This document shows, in pieces, positions 27,580-37,678 of a stretch of DNA of 64,000 bases. The position numbers were made by a program, and so were the translations under genes. Positions within the stretch are counted from its first letter, which is position 1; each line of letters begins with the position of its first letter. The notes under the pieces were generated by a model, which did no database searches, was not told the DNA's origin, and saw nothing but the letters and a program-made list of their open reading frames with translations. The DNA is from an uncultured delta proteobacterium (GTDB lineage: Bacteria; Desulfobacterota; Binatia; UBA9968), in the NCBI GenBank assembly GCA_963816145.1, contig CAWFJP010000031.1, forward strand, positions 512,001 to 576,000, given 5' to 3'.

Positions 27580-28875
27580 CTAAATTACCGTCCCGTCTGC
27601 AATGGTCGCGTTCTTGATGACGACAACGATGCCGTTGCGGATCACAAACCCGAGCTCTTCGCGGGTCGATTCCTGAATATTATCTTGGTTGACGATGCGC
27701 ACGTTGCGACCGATGCGGGCGTTTTTGTCGACAATCGCTCGTTGGATCGTCGTGTTAGCGCCGACGCCTAACGGGACCCTGCCGCAGTCGAGAGCTTGCT
27801 GCCGTTCGGCGGGCGACTCGTAAAAGTCCGATCCCATCAGCAAAGCGTTGTCGATGACGCAGCCGGTCTCAATCCGCGAGCGAATGCCGATAACCGAGCG
27901 CTTCACCGTGCATTCTTTCAGAATGCACCCTTCGCCGACCATCGACTCAATTACCCGCGAGTCGAGCAATTTGGTTGGCGGCAAATAGCGCGAGCGCGTA
28001 TAGATCGGTGCTTTTTCATCGTAAAAACTGAAGGAAGGAACCGGCTGTTCGGTCAGCGCCAGATTGGCCTGGTAGAACGATTCGATAGTGCCGATATCTT
28101 CCCAGTAATCCTTGAAGAGATACGCGAGAACTTTGTGATTGGCGGCCGCCGCTGGAATGATTTCTTTGCCGAAATCGGTGTGGCTCGGGTTCTGATCCAA
28201 TAGATCCAGTAGAACTTGCTTCTCAAAAACATAAATGCCCATGGAAGCGATAAAGGGCAGTCCCTTGGCCTTCTCCTTCGGCAGACCAAGCACTGTCGTG
28301 TCGACGGCCATCGCTTTCAAAGCGGCCCCTTTTGGTTTTTCGCTAAAAGCGCACACACGCCCATCGCCGTCGATCTTCATCAAGCCGAAGTCGGACGCAC
28401 GGCTTTCTTCGACTGGTACCACCGAAAGTGTGATGTCGGCCTTAGTGTCGCGGTGGCGCTGAATAAAATCTTCGTAATTCATCCGGTACAAGTGATCGCC
28501 GGACAAGATCAGGAATTGGTCGACATCCCATTCGGCGAATACCCAACGGTACTTGCGCACGGCGTCCGCTGTGCCTTCAAACCAGCTAGGGCTCTCGGGA
28601 GTTTGCTGGGCGGCCAAGACTTCGACGAAGCCTTGTGAGAAGCCGGTGCCGGCCATGGCATAGGTCCGCGCAATATGGCGGTTGAGCGAAGCTGAATTAA
28701 ACTGGGTGAGGACGTAAATCCGCTGGATTTCCGAGTTGATGCAGTTACTGATCGGTATATCGATCAAGCGATACTTAGCCCCGAGTGGAACCGCCGGCTT
28801 GGCGCGAAGTTTGGTTAGCGGGTAAAGCCGAGTGCCGGCACCGCCGCCCAAAATAATCGCTAAGACTCTTTTCAT
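27580..28875 (-). CDS. glgC: Glucose-1-phosphate adenylyltransferase (cyanobacterial/plant-like)
   Basis: [34 protein letters not shown] and YWEDIGT motifs; start at MKRVLAII. Confidence 0.96.
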   Translation of the reverse strand: MKRVLAIILGGGAGTRLYPLTKLRAKPAVPLGAKYRLIDIPISNCINSEIQRIYVLTQFNSASLNRHIARTYAMAGTGFSQGFVEVLAAQQTPESPSWFEGTADAVRKYRWVFAEWDVDQFLILSGDHLYRMNYEDFIQRHRDTKADITLSVVPVEESRASDFGLMKIDGDGRVCAFSEKPKGAALKAMAVDTTVLGLPKEKAKGLPFIASMGIYVFEKQVLLDLLDQNPSHTDFGKEIIPAAAANHKVLAYLFKDYWEDIGTIESFYQANLALTEQPVPSFSFYDEKAPIYTRSRYLPPTKLLDSRVIESMVGEGCILKECTVKRSVIGIRSRIETGCVIDNALLMGSDFYESPAERQQALDCGRVPLGVGANTTIQRAIVDKNARIGRNVRIVNQDNIQESTREELGFVIRNGIVVVIKNATIADGTVI

Positions 28876-29194
28876 AATCGGTCTGTCAGCGTTTGCGGTC
28901 CATCGGCGCTCTGGAGTTGTTGTGCGACACTCATCATTTCGTGCCGACATTACGCAGCCAGTCGTGGTGATGTCAAGCCGACCGGGAGATTACGCAAGCT
29001 TGGCTGTTTCCGCTGAACGATTCTTATCTTAACCGGGCTTCACTGTGCCATGCCCGCCCGAATTGCGGAACTGCAACGATCAGGTAACCGGACATCGCTA
29101 GAATTCTTCACGCCAGCGGGGATACCAAGGCGGCGTGTTGAATTAACTAACCCGTGGGCCGTGTTTGTCAGGCGTGAGGGCAGATCAAGCCATC

Positions 29195-29488
29195 CTACTT
29201 CTTAAGCTCGCGGCCGAGCAGCCGGAGGATTTCATTGAATTGACGCTGCATGGCGATCATTTGCTCGCGCATATTGAGCGCGACTTCGGCGCCTTCGAGA
29301 TTCACCCCCATCTCTTCAATGAGCAGGCGGGCGACGCGCACACGGTCGACTTGATCGAGGGGGTAAAATTTTTCGCTGCGCCGGACTATCGGGGAGATGA
29401 CCTGCTCCTGCTCCAAGCGCTTGACGAACTTCACGTCAACGCCGCAGATTTTTGTCACCTCGGTAATGCGCAGATATTTTCGCGGCAT
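29195..29488 (-). CDS. CbpM/HspR-like (MerR-type) chaperone modulator
   Basis: C-terminal 97 aa of ORF 29195..30094, starting MPRKYL; EEMGVNLEGAEVAL motif; directly follows dnaJ. Confidence 0.8.
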   Translation of the reverse strand: MPRKYLRITEVTKICGVDVKFVKRLEQEQVISPIVRRSEKFYPLDQVDRVRVARLLIEEMGVNLEGAEVALNMREQMIAMQRQFNEILRLLGRELKK

Positions 29489-29502
29489 CTTCGCTTTCTC
29501 CG

Positions 29503-30624
29503 TCACAGCCTCAGATCTTTGCGTACGGCCTCGCCATAGGCTTGGTCGATCTGGTTGATGACTTCTTGGGCGACCTCTGTTTTCGGCACCCGCACCATCA
29601 GGTGTAGATATAAATCGCCGGGCGCGGTTTGCCCGTGGGCGGCGACACCCTTGCCTTTGATGCGCAGTTGTTGGCCGCTCTGGGCACCGGCCGGGATTTT
29701 CACGTTGATCGCGCCATTGATCGTCGGCACCTCGATGCTGGCGCCGCGCACCGCTTCGCCGACGGTAATCGGCAAGTCCATGGACAAATCTCGACCGGAG
29801 CGAGTGAGGATTGGATGAGACCGGATACGCGGAGTTATAAAGAGATCGCCGGCCGGCCCGCCGCGGATGCCCGCTTCGCCTTTTCCGCGCAAGCGAATGT
29901 GCTTTCCGGGATCGGCGCCAGGCGGAATATTGACGCGAATCGTTTCCGACCGCGTGACGCGGCCGCTGCCGCGGCAAACCGTGCATGGGTCGCCAGGTAG
30001 TTTTCCGCTTCCCAAGCAGCGCGGACAAGTTTGGCGAAACTGTAATGGCCCTTGGGCGACGGCGACGCTGCCGCTGCCGCCGCATTGGGGACAAGTGGTC
30101 GGCGCGGTTCCAGCTTTCGTCCCGGAGCCGTGACAGGTGTCGCAGGACACTGGCCGTTCGAGTGTGATGGCGGTTTGAAAGCCGCGCACGGCATCGAGGA
30201 AGTCAATCTCCATGCTCGACTCGATGTCACTGCCGCGCTGCGGCCCGGTTGACGCAGTCGGGCCGCGCCGGAACATGCCGCCGAGGCCGCCGAAAAGATC
30301 GCCCAAGTCGTCCGTGTCGAACGTTTGCGGGCCACCGGCGCGCGCCGACTGCTGGCGCCATTGCTCGTAACTGCGCGCTTTTTCGGCATCGAAACCGGCG
30401 GCGAGGCCGGCCTCGCCGAATTCGTCATAAAGCTTGCGCTTTTTTTCGTCGCTCAGGACGTCGTAGGCAACCGAAAGATCCTTGAATTTGCTTTCGGCCT
30501 CTTTGTTGCCGGGATTGATATCGGGGTGATATTTGCGCGCGAGTTTGCGATAAGCCTTGCGAACCTCGTCCTTCGATGCGCCCCGTTCGACACCGAGGAT
30601 TTTGTAGTAATCACGTTCCGCCAT
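29503..30624 (-). CDS. dnaJ: Molecular chaperone DnaJ
   Basis: HPD J-domain and four CxxCxGxG repeats. Confidence 0.93.
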   Translation of the reverse strand: MAERDYYKILGVERGASKDEVRKAYRKLARKYHPDINPGNKEAESKFKDLSVAYDVLSDEKKRKLYDEFGEAGLAAGFDAEKARSYEQWRQQSARAGGPQTFDTDDLGDLFGGLGGMFRRGPTASTGPQRGSDIESSMEIDFLDAVRGFQTAITLERPVSCDTCHGSGTKAGTAPTTCPQCGGSGSVAVAQGPLQFRQTCPRCLGSGKLPGDPCTVCRGSGRVTRSETIRVNIPPGADPGKHIRLRGKGEAGIRGGPAGDLFITPRIRSHPILTRSGRDLSMDLPITVGEAVRGASIEVPTINGAINVKIPAGAQSGQQLRIKGKGVAAHGQTAPGDLYLHLMVRVPKTEVAQEVINQIDQAYGEAVRKDLRL

Positions 30625-30930
30625 CGTAGCCTACAAGATAACCATCGAGCGGCGACTTGCAAGGGAATTGCCCGGAGTGAGCGGGAGACGACAGGGCTGC
30701 GCCGAGGTTCAATAGCTATAATCATGGAGTCAGAGGCCGGACCGATGAGTCAGCGAGCTTTTGCACAGCTCTTGCCGTGAACGATCGGTACGCTTCACAG
30801 CATTAACGGAACGTTTCGGACAAGAGCAGTTTGGCGCGGGCAAACTGCAGCAACTCACGCCATTTGGGTTTTTGCCTTTATCACTGCCGGTCCAGGCTCC
30901 CGAAGCTTGCGGTGTAAACCTGTATTCCTT

Positions 30931-32274
30931 TTACGAGCCCATCGCTTTGCGCAGCTGGACAAAGGACTGAAGCTGCGCCTGATTGACCGCGATTGCGTTG
31001 TCCTGGACTAGGAACAGGCTGCGCTGGGTGTCGAGTAAGTTGAGATAGTCGATGGCGCCGGCATCGAATTGCGCTTTAGCGATGTCATAGGCGTTTTGCG
31101 ATTCGATCACCGATGAGCGGGCGATTCCGGCACGGTCGTTGGCGCTCTTGAGCGCGGCCAGCGCATCTTCGACTTCTTGGAACGCGGTCAGCACGGTTTT
31201 CTGATAAGTCACGGCGAGTTCCTTCTGGCGCGCCGTAACGTTCTCGAGATTTCCGGTGAGCTGTCCACCGGTGAAGATCGGCGCGAGCAGGCTAGAGGCG
31301 ATCGACGATGCCGCGGCGGCCGGGTTGCCGAATCCCGCGGCGATCACAGTGCTGGCGCTCAAAGTTAATGATGGGAAGAAGGCCGCGCGGGCGGCGCCGA
31401 TATCGGCGTTGGCGGCGCGCAGGGCGGATTCGGCACTTTCGATGTCCGGCCGCGCGGTCAACAGCATTGCCGGCGGGGTCAGGTTGACCGCAGGCATCTT
31501 GAGCGAAGTCAACTGTGCGGTCGGGACGGAGTACTCTTGCGGCGCCAGGCCGAGCAGGATGGCCAACGCGTTGCCGGTTGTGCTGCGCTGTTCGATCAAC
31601 AACGCCAGCGCGGTGCGAAAAGTGTTGACCGCGACGCGCTGCTGCGCGACTTCGAGGCCCGAGACGCTGCCGGCGTTGTAGCGCGCTTCGACGATGCGGA
31701 GAATCTCCTCAGCGCTTTTCAAGTTATAATCAGCGATGCTTACGCGATCATTAAGGCTGAGAATCTGCGAGTAGAAATTGGTCGCATCCGACGTGACCAC
31801 TAGGCGCAGCGCTTCACGGTCGAACTGGCTGACGTCAATGTGGTAATCGGCGGATTTGGCTTGATTGCGGTTCTTGCCCCATAGATCGACTTCGTAACTG
31901 AGGTTGGCGCCGCCGGCAACGGCCGTCTTGTCCTGCGGGCTCTGAAGCGTGCGCGCCGCCGAGCCGCTGGCGCTAACCGTCGGATAAAGCGGTGATGCGG
32001 CGACTTTGGCTTGAGCGCGCGCCTGTTCGATGCGATGTAGGGCTGCTTCGAGATCGAGGTTTTGCGCCAAGACATTGTCGATCAAACGATTGAGCTCGTC
32101 ACTGCCCAAGTCCTGCCAAAACGGTGTGGTATTTTGCTGGATCGCACCGACTCCGGCGACGTTGCTCCAGCCGGCAGGCAACGCGATTGGCGGCCGCTGA
32201 TAGTCAGGCGCCAGGCTGCAAGCCGACAATGCCAATGAAAGGGCGATGGCGCCGCTACGTAGAATCGTCCGCAT
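30931..32274 (-). CDS. Outer membrane efflux lipoprotein (NodT/TolC family)
   Basis: Lipobox LSAC; YEVDLWG, RPDI and AFQEVEDAL motifs. Confidence 0.92.
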   Translation of the reverse strand: MRTILRSGAIALSLALSACSLAPDYQRPPIALPAGWSNVAGVGAIQQNTTPFWQDLGSDELNRLIDNVLAQNLDLEAALHRIEQARAQAKVAASPLYPTVSASGSAARTLQSPQDKTAVAGGANLSYEVDLWGKNRNQAKSADYHIDVSQFDREALRLVVTSDATNFYSQILSLNDRVSIADYNLKSAEEILRIVEARYNAGSVSGLEVAQQRVAVNTFRTALALLIEQRSTTGNALAILLGLAPQEYSVPTAQLTSLKMPAVNLTPPAMLLTARPDIESAESALRAANADIGAARAAFFPSLTLSASTVIAAGFGNPAAAASSIASSLLAPIFTGGQLTGNLENVTARQKELAVTYQKTVLTAFQEVEDALAALKSANDRAGIARSSVIESQNAYDIAKAQFDAGAIDYLNLLDTQRSLFLVQDNAIAVNQAQLQSFVQLRKAMGS

Positions 32275-32282
32275 AAATCACC

Positions 32283-34224
32283 TCACTCCGAAGCCAAAGC
32301 GATGACGGGATCGAGCTGCGCGGCTTGCCGCGCTGGCAGATAGCCGAATATAAGCCCGGTCGCCGACGCGCAGGCAAAGGCGAGCAGTGCCGGGGTTACT
32401 GAAAAAATTACCGACATGCCGCTGTAGCGCAGCACCAGCCCAGCGAGCACGCCAACCAAAATTCCGAGTATGCCACCAGTGGCGCATACGACCGCCGCTT
32501 CGATGTTAAATTGCAGCATGATGTCGCGCATGCGCGCGCCGGTGGCCATGCGGATGCCGATCTCACGGGTGCGCTCGACGACGCTGACGAGCATGATGTT
32601 CATGACGCCGATGCCGCCGACCAGCAACGAAATCGCCGCCACCGTGCCGAGCAGAATCGTGAAGGTATCTTGGGTTTCCATGGCGGCCTGGAGAAAGGAG
32701 GCCATGTTGCGCACGCTGAAGTCTTCGGTCTTGTGGCGCGCCTTCAACAATGTCCTCGACGCTTTGCTGGGTGGCGTCGATCTCAGCCGAGTCTTTGACT
32801 TTGATCGTGATGCTGCTGAGGTAATTCTTGCCGAAGAGCCGCACTAAGCCGGTAGTGATCGGCACGAAAATGACATCGTCTTGATCGCTGCCGTTAGGCG
32901 AGGCGCCCTTTTCGGTCATCACGCCGATCACCAGGAAGGGCACGCTTTTCATCAGCACGTATTTGCCGATGGGACTATCGCCGCCGGGAAAGAGTGTTTT
33001 CGCCACTGTGCGGCCGAGCACGACCACGGCGGCGTAGTGTTTCATGTCGTCGGCATTGAAAAATTGCCCTTCGCCTACCGGCCAATCGCGTGCCGAGGGG
33101 AAGTCTTCCCCGGTACCCTGCATGGAGGTTTGATAATCGATGTTGCCGAAACGCACGGTAGCCCGGCCATTGCGCTCTGGCAGGGCGGCTTCGATATTGG
33201 GCAATGCTTTAATCGCCGCCGCGTCGTCCGGCACCAAGGTCGCGATGTCACCGGCGGCGCGAATGCCGGCGGCGCCGGGCCGGATCAGCATCAAGTTGGT
33301 GCCGAAGGAGCTGATGCGGTCGAGGACTTTTTGCCGGCTGCCTTCGCCAACGGCGAGCATGGCAACCACGGCGGAGACGCCGATAATGATTCCGAGCAGG
33401 GTGAGAGTGGTACGAAAAATGTTTACCCGGAGCGAGCGGCCGGCGGTCACAAAGGCTTCTTGCATGCTTGCCACCAAACTGACCGCGCTGCTCAAATTGA
33501 GTTCTTGGACCTCCGGCAGGTTCGTGCTCTCAGCGAGATGCACACCGGTGTCTTCGATGATTCGGCCGTCTTGAATGCGCACGATGCGGCCGGCATGTTG
33601 TGCGACATTTTCCGCGTGAGTGATCAGAATGATCGTGCGCCCTTCGGCGTGCAACTGTTTTAACAGCGCCAGTACTTCGTCGCCGCTCTTGGTATCCAAG
33701 GCGCCGGTGGGTTCGTCGGCGAGAATCACCGGCGGATCGTTGACCAGGGCACGAGCGATGGCGACCCGCTGCTGCTGGCCGCCGGAGAGCTCGGACGGTC
33801 GATGATCGGAGCGATCGCCGAGACCGAGCTGCTTGAGAAGATCCATGGCATGAATTTTTCGTTGCCGTTTGGGCAAGCCCGCGTAGACCGAAGGTATGGC
33901 GACGTTTTCTTCAGCCGTCGCGGTGGCGAGCAGATTGTAGCGTTGGAAGATGAAGCCGAAAGTCTCGCGCCGCAGCGACGCCAGTTCGTCCGCTTCAAGA
34001 TTGGCGGCTTCTTTGCCAAGCACCAAGTAGCTTCCGGTTGTCGGGCGATCGAGACAGCCGATGATGTTCATCAGCGTCGACTTGCCGGAGCCGGACTGAC
34101 CCATGACCGCGACGAACTCGCCGCGTTGAATCGTTAGCGAAACGCCGTCGAGCGCTCTTACCGTAGTATCGCCGTTTTTATAATGCTTATGGATATCGTG
34201 CAGCTCTAGAATCGTCGCGTTCAT
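32283..34224 (-). CDS. macB: MacB-type ABC efflux ATPase/permease; +1 frameshift at about 32754
   Basis: [25 protein letters not shown]; removing one base gives [10 protein letters not shown], joining the C-terminal [22 protein letters not shown] part. Confidence 0.9.
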
Positions 34225-35438
34225 AGCTGTGGTCCTCGGACGGGGCGCTGCGCCGCGCCGTTGCCGCGCTGTTGGTTATTCGCCTGGTTATTCTGGTTCG
34301 GTGTACCTGCCGGTCGATTGCCGGCGAGTTTTTCGCCTTCCTGTAAGCCGTCGATCACTTCGGCCTGGGTGCGTGTCTGCAAACCGACATGAATGACGCG
34401 CTGTTCGCGGCCTTTATCGGTTAAAACTGTTACGCGATAGGCTTTACCTTTCTCGTTGTCTTCTGTGGCAGCGCGCCGAGTGAGGACTTCCGCCGGTACG
34501 ACCAGGGCGTCGTCCGCCTTGCCGAAGATAAAAAACACTTGGGTCGTCATGCCGGTCATGAGCTTGCGGCCGTCGTTTTTGACGTCGATCAGGACATCGT
34601 AGAGCACCACGTCATTGACGATTTCCGGCGACGGTTGCACCTGGCGCACCTTGCCTTGCCAGCGCCGTTCGCTATCGCCGAGGGTGGTGAAATAGGCCGG
34701 CATGTTTTCCTTGATGCGGGTGACATCCGCCTCGGCCACCTGCGCGCGCACGGTCATGACGTCGAGATTGGCTACCTGCATCACCGTCGGCGTGGTTTGA
34801 TTGGCGTTCAACGTCTGCCCTTCTTTGGTCGGCAACGTCGTCACGGTGCCATCCATCGGCGCAAAAATCTTCGTGAAGCCGAGGTTGGTGCGGCTCGCCT
34901 TGAGGTTCGATTCGGTTTCCTGAATCTGCGCGGCTATCGAATCCACCTGGGCGCGGGCCACCGCCGCCTGGCTCTCGGTCTCCTGCAAAGCCTGCTGGCT
35001 GACGGCGTTGGCGGTAATCAGATTTTGATTCCGTTTGAGATTCTGTTCAGTCAGCACCGCCGAGGCCTTCTGCTGGTCCAATTGGGCGCGCAAGCTATTT
35101 AGGTGAGCTTCGCCGGCTTCCACTTGGGCTTGGTAAACCCGCGGATCAATCTCGGCGAGCAATTGGCCTTTTTTTACCGTATCGCCGATATCGACGTGGA
35201 TCTTCTTGAGCTGGCCGGAAACCTGAGTGCCGACATCGACATACTGTTTGGCCTCCAGCTTGCCCTGAGAAGTGACGACTTCCTCGATGTTGCCGCGGGT
35301 CACTGCGATCGGCCGAATTGCGCTATCCTGGGGTTTTTGCCCGGCGCTACTGTACCAATACCAACCGCCGGCGATTAAAAGTAAAAACACGAATACACCG
35401 ACAATCTGTTTGCGCCGGACTTTCGGTAGCCAATTCAT
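34221..35438 (-). CDS. macA: MacA-type periplasmic adaptor subunit
   Basis: VDVGTQVSGQ, APMDGTV and GQTLNANQTTP motifs; start at MNWLPK. Confidence 0.88.
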   Translation of the reverse strand: MNWLPKVRRKQIVGVFVFLLLIAGGWYWYSSAGQKPQDSAIRPIAVTRGNIEEVVTSQGKLEAKQYVDVGTQVSGQLKKIHVDIGDTVKKGQLLAEIDPRVYQAQVEAGEAHLNSLRAQLDQQKASAVLTEQNLKRNQNLITANAVSQQALQETESQAAVARAQVDSIAAQIQETESNLKASRTNLGFTKIFAPMDGTVTTLPTKEGQTLNANQTTPTVMQVANLDVMTVRAQVAEADVTRIKENMPAYFTTLGDSERRWQGKVRQVQPSPEIVNDVVLYDVLIDVKNDGRKLMTGMTTQVFFIFGKADDALVVPAEVLTRRAATEDNEKGKAYRVTVLTDKGREQRVIHVGLQTRTQAEVIDGLQEGEKLAGNRPAGTPNQNNQANNQQRGNGAAQRPVRGPQL

Positions 35439-35508
35439 AATTTTAGTCCTTCCTCCGCACCGTTCTTGTCCGATGATACGAACGAGCGCGCGGAAGTCTT
35501 CGCCGAGC

Positions 35509-35541
35509 AAAAAAAAGAGCGCCGGGAAAATCCCGGCGCTC
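35509..35541 (-). terminator. Rho-independent terminator between the periplasmic sensor gene and macA
   Basis: Minus strand GAGCGCCGGGA-TTT-TCCCGGCGCTC followed by T8. Confidence 0.8.
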
Positions 35542-35572
35542 GCCGTCAATATTCAGATTTTGCTGAGTAAAT

Positions 35573-36010
35573 CTATGATTTTGCGGGCGGAGGCGGGCGG
35601 CGCAACAGATCGGCGAAGTGGCGCCGCTCGGCGGCCGACAAGTCTTTGGTTGCGTCTTTGACGACCTGCGCCAATTGTTTGGTCATGCTTTGGCGCATCT
35701 CATTGATTTTGCTGACTTGGCGGTCATAGGCTGCTTCATCGAAAGTTTCTCTCCCGAGCAGTTCCACCGCCTCGGCTTCAGCTTGTCTGATTTGGCCGAA
35801 CAAAGGATCGGCCACCGCGCGCAGTTTTTGCAATCGGTCGCGCAGCCGATTTTGTTCCGCTTCCGGCAAGTTTTTGAGCACTTGATCGAATCTTTGCTGC
35901 CGCATGGTGCCAGGGGCAAACCGTCTTGGCGACTGACCGAGTATCACGCCAAGCATCAGCACGTTCAAAATAATTGAGATGACAAACGAAATCCGCGCAG
36001 TCCGGTTCAT
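35573..36010 (-). CDS. Periplasmic heavy-metal sensor / Spy-CpxP-like protein
   Basis: N-terminal SIILNV..LG anchor, helical body, LSAAERR motif. Confidence 0.75.
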   Translation of the reverse strand: MNRTARISFVISIILNVLMLGVILGQSPRRFAPGTMRQQRFDQVLKNLPEAEQNRLRDRLQKLRAVADPLFGQIRQAEAEAVELLGRETFDEAAYDRQVSKINEMRQSMTKQLAQVVKDATKDLSAAERRHFADLLRRPPPPAKS

Positions 36011-36321
36011 AACAACCCCTCAGCGTCGGCGAGAAAGCTCTCGGCATAGTTAGAGTCTGAGTCTGTGGATGCGGCCGTTTGCGGCGCCGTGCTAAATCCC
36101 AAAAACATTCCCAAAACCAACGCGGTGGTGAGTACATAGCCCGGTTTAGGCAGATGAAGCTCGGCAAATAGCTGGCGCAGCGACTGCCAGAGCGAATAAT
36201 TCTGCACTTGCGGCATGCCCTGGGCCCTTAGAATGATCCGCGCCGCCAAATCCGGCCTCGCCGCCTCGGTCCGGCGCGAGCGCAGCATCGCGGTTAACTT
36301 GTCTTCGTCGTTCTGGCTCAT
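36007..36321 (-). CDS. Putative anti-sigma factor (single TM)
   Basis: Follows the ECF sigma gene; DLAARI motif plus one TM segment. Confidence 0.65.
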   Translation of the reverse strand: MSQNDEDKLTAMLRSRRTEAARPDLAARIILRAQGMPQVQNYSLWQSLRQLFAELHLPKPGYVLTTALVLGMFLGFSTAPQTAASTDSDSNYAESFLADAEGLL

Positions 36322-36328
36322 AAAAACC

Positions 36329-36883
36329 TCACAAGTAACTCTTCAGGCGCTCTTTCAAGGTGGTTTTTGCGCGCATCAGCAAAGATTGCAATGCTTTGAG
36401 ATTGATCCCCATGACTTCAGCCGCCTCTTGATTGCTGATTCCTTCATCGAAACAGAGATTGAGCGCAGTACGTTGACGCTCGGGCAACGCGGCGATTTCC
36501 TGCTCGAGGATGCGTTGTTGTTCGCGGCGCAACATCATTTGATCGGCGCTTTCCCGATCATCGATCAGCGTCATACCCTCGCTCAACTCCATTGGCCGTT
36601 TACGTTTCTGCCAATCGAGGCATAGGTTGACCACAACCCGATAAAACCAGGTGGTAAACCTGGAGTTTTTATCCGGCTGCCACTTGGCCGGATCTTCCCA
36701 GAGTTTAAGAAACGCGTCCTGAACCACGTCCTCGGCCGCTTGGCGATTTTGCAGATAACGAAAGGCGAGCCGATAAAATCGATCAGTATGGCGCTCGACC
36801 AGGGCGGCGAATGCCGGATGGCTGCCGTCCTGCACCAAGGCGAGCAAATCACTGTCATCTTTGTCGGGCCAGGCTGCCGCCAT
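36329..36883 (-). CDS. ECF RNA polymerase sigma factor
   Basis: AEDVVQDAFLKLW, FTTWFYRVVVNLC and LPERQR motifs; start uncertain (36883 or 36901). Confidence 0.92.
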   Translation of the reverse strand: MAAAWPDKDDSDLLALVQDGSHPAFAALVERHTDRFYRLAFRYLQNRQAAEDVVQDAFLKLWEDPAKWQPDKNSRFTTWFYRVVVNLCLDWQKRKRPMELSEGMTLIDDRESADQMMLRREQQRILEQEIAALPERQRTALNLCFDEGISNQEAAEVMGINLKALQSLLMRAKTTLKERLKSYL

Positions 36884-37034
36884 ATTAGCGATTTGACGCA
36901 CGCGAAATTGAAACGAATCAGCTCGATCATATATTCATCTTCCGGAAACTGCCAAAGCCTGGATAAATCCTTCCGCTATTCGATGATACGACTGAGCCGT
37001 GAAAAGTCTTCGCGGCCGGCGATGGAAGCCGATT

Positions 37035-37643
37035 CTAAGCGCGGGTCGGTGGCAACCGGGGTTCGATAAGCGTGCGAAATGTCGCGATATCATGCGCCGA
37101 AACCGCGAATCCGCACCACTGGGTTTCGGCGGCATATAGGCGCACCGTCGGCTTGAAACCGTGCACCAGCGGCAGCAAATCGCGCAGCGTGTCGTACCAG
37201 GCCCGCCGCTCATCGCGGTCGATGGGCGTGTCATCCACGGCAGCGATCTCACGGCAAAGATCTTGCCAGCGGCTCACCGAGAAGCCGACGGTAACATTAT
37301 TCGGATAGTTCGCCAGTGTCACCCATCGGGGGCGAGAAAAGTGTTGGTTCTCGTCGAATTCTACGATAAAAGGCGGGTCGGCGATGAAGTAGTCGCAGGG
37401 CGGCATTTGCGCGCTCTTGATGAAGTCGCGATGGCCGCGCAGGTCGCCGAGGGCAGCGCGGATCTGCTGGAGCGTTTTGCCGATGGCCGTGTTGGCGTAA
37501 TCTTCCGGCTGGGCGGACCAGGTGAACGAGTGGCTGACGCGGCATTCGCCATAGATGGCGCATAGCAATTCGCGCACGCGCTCTTTGCAAGCGCGGCAGT
37601 GGGGTGGGTGTTGGCAGTTCACGATGCGAGCTAAACTAATCAT
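37035..37643 (-). CDS. Hypothetical protein, possible PD-(D/E)XK/Vsr-like nuclease fold
   Basis: CDYFI....IVEFDE.QHF motif; N-terminal HCxxC; start uncertain. Confidence 0.5.
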   Translation of the reverse strand: MISLARIVNCQHPPHCRACKERVRELLCAIYGECRVSHSFTWSAQPEDYANTAIGKTLQQIRAALGDLRGHRDFIKSAQMPPCDYFIADPPFIVEFDENQHFSRPRWVTLANYPNNVTVGFSVSRWQDLCREIAAVDDTPIDRDERRAWYDTLRDLLPLVHGFKPTVRLYAAETQWCGFAVSAHDIATFRTLIEPRLPPTRA

Positions 37644-37678
37644 TACAAAAGTCTGAGGCAACTGAAGGAGTAAGGTTC

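Noticed and set aside
29195-30094. 299-aa ORF overlapping dnaJ
   Set aside because: Only the last 97 codons resemble CbpM/HspR; the rest is an alternative frame of dnaJ
32740-32770. Programmed ribosomal frameshift in macB
   Set aside because: No slippery heptamer; similar single-base indels in unrelated genes point to assembly error
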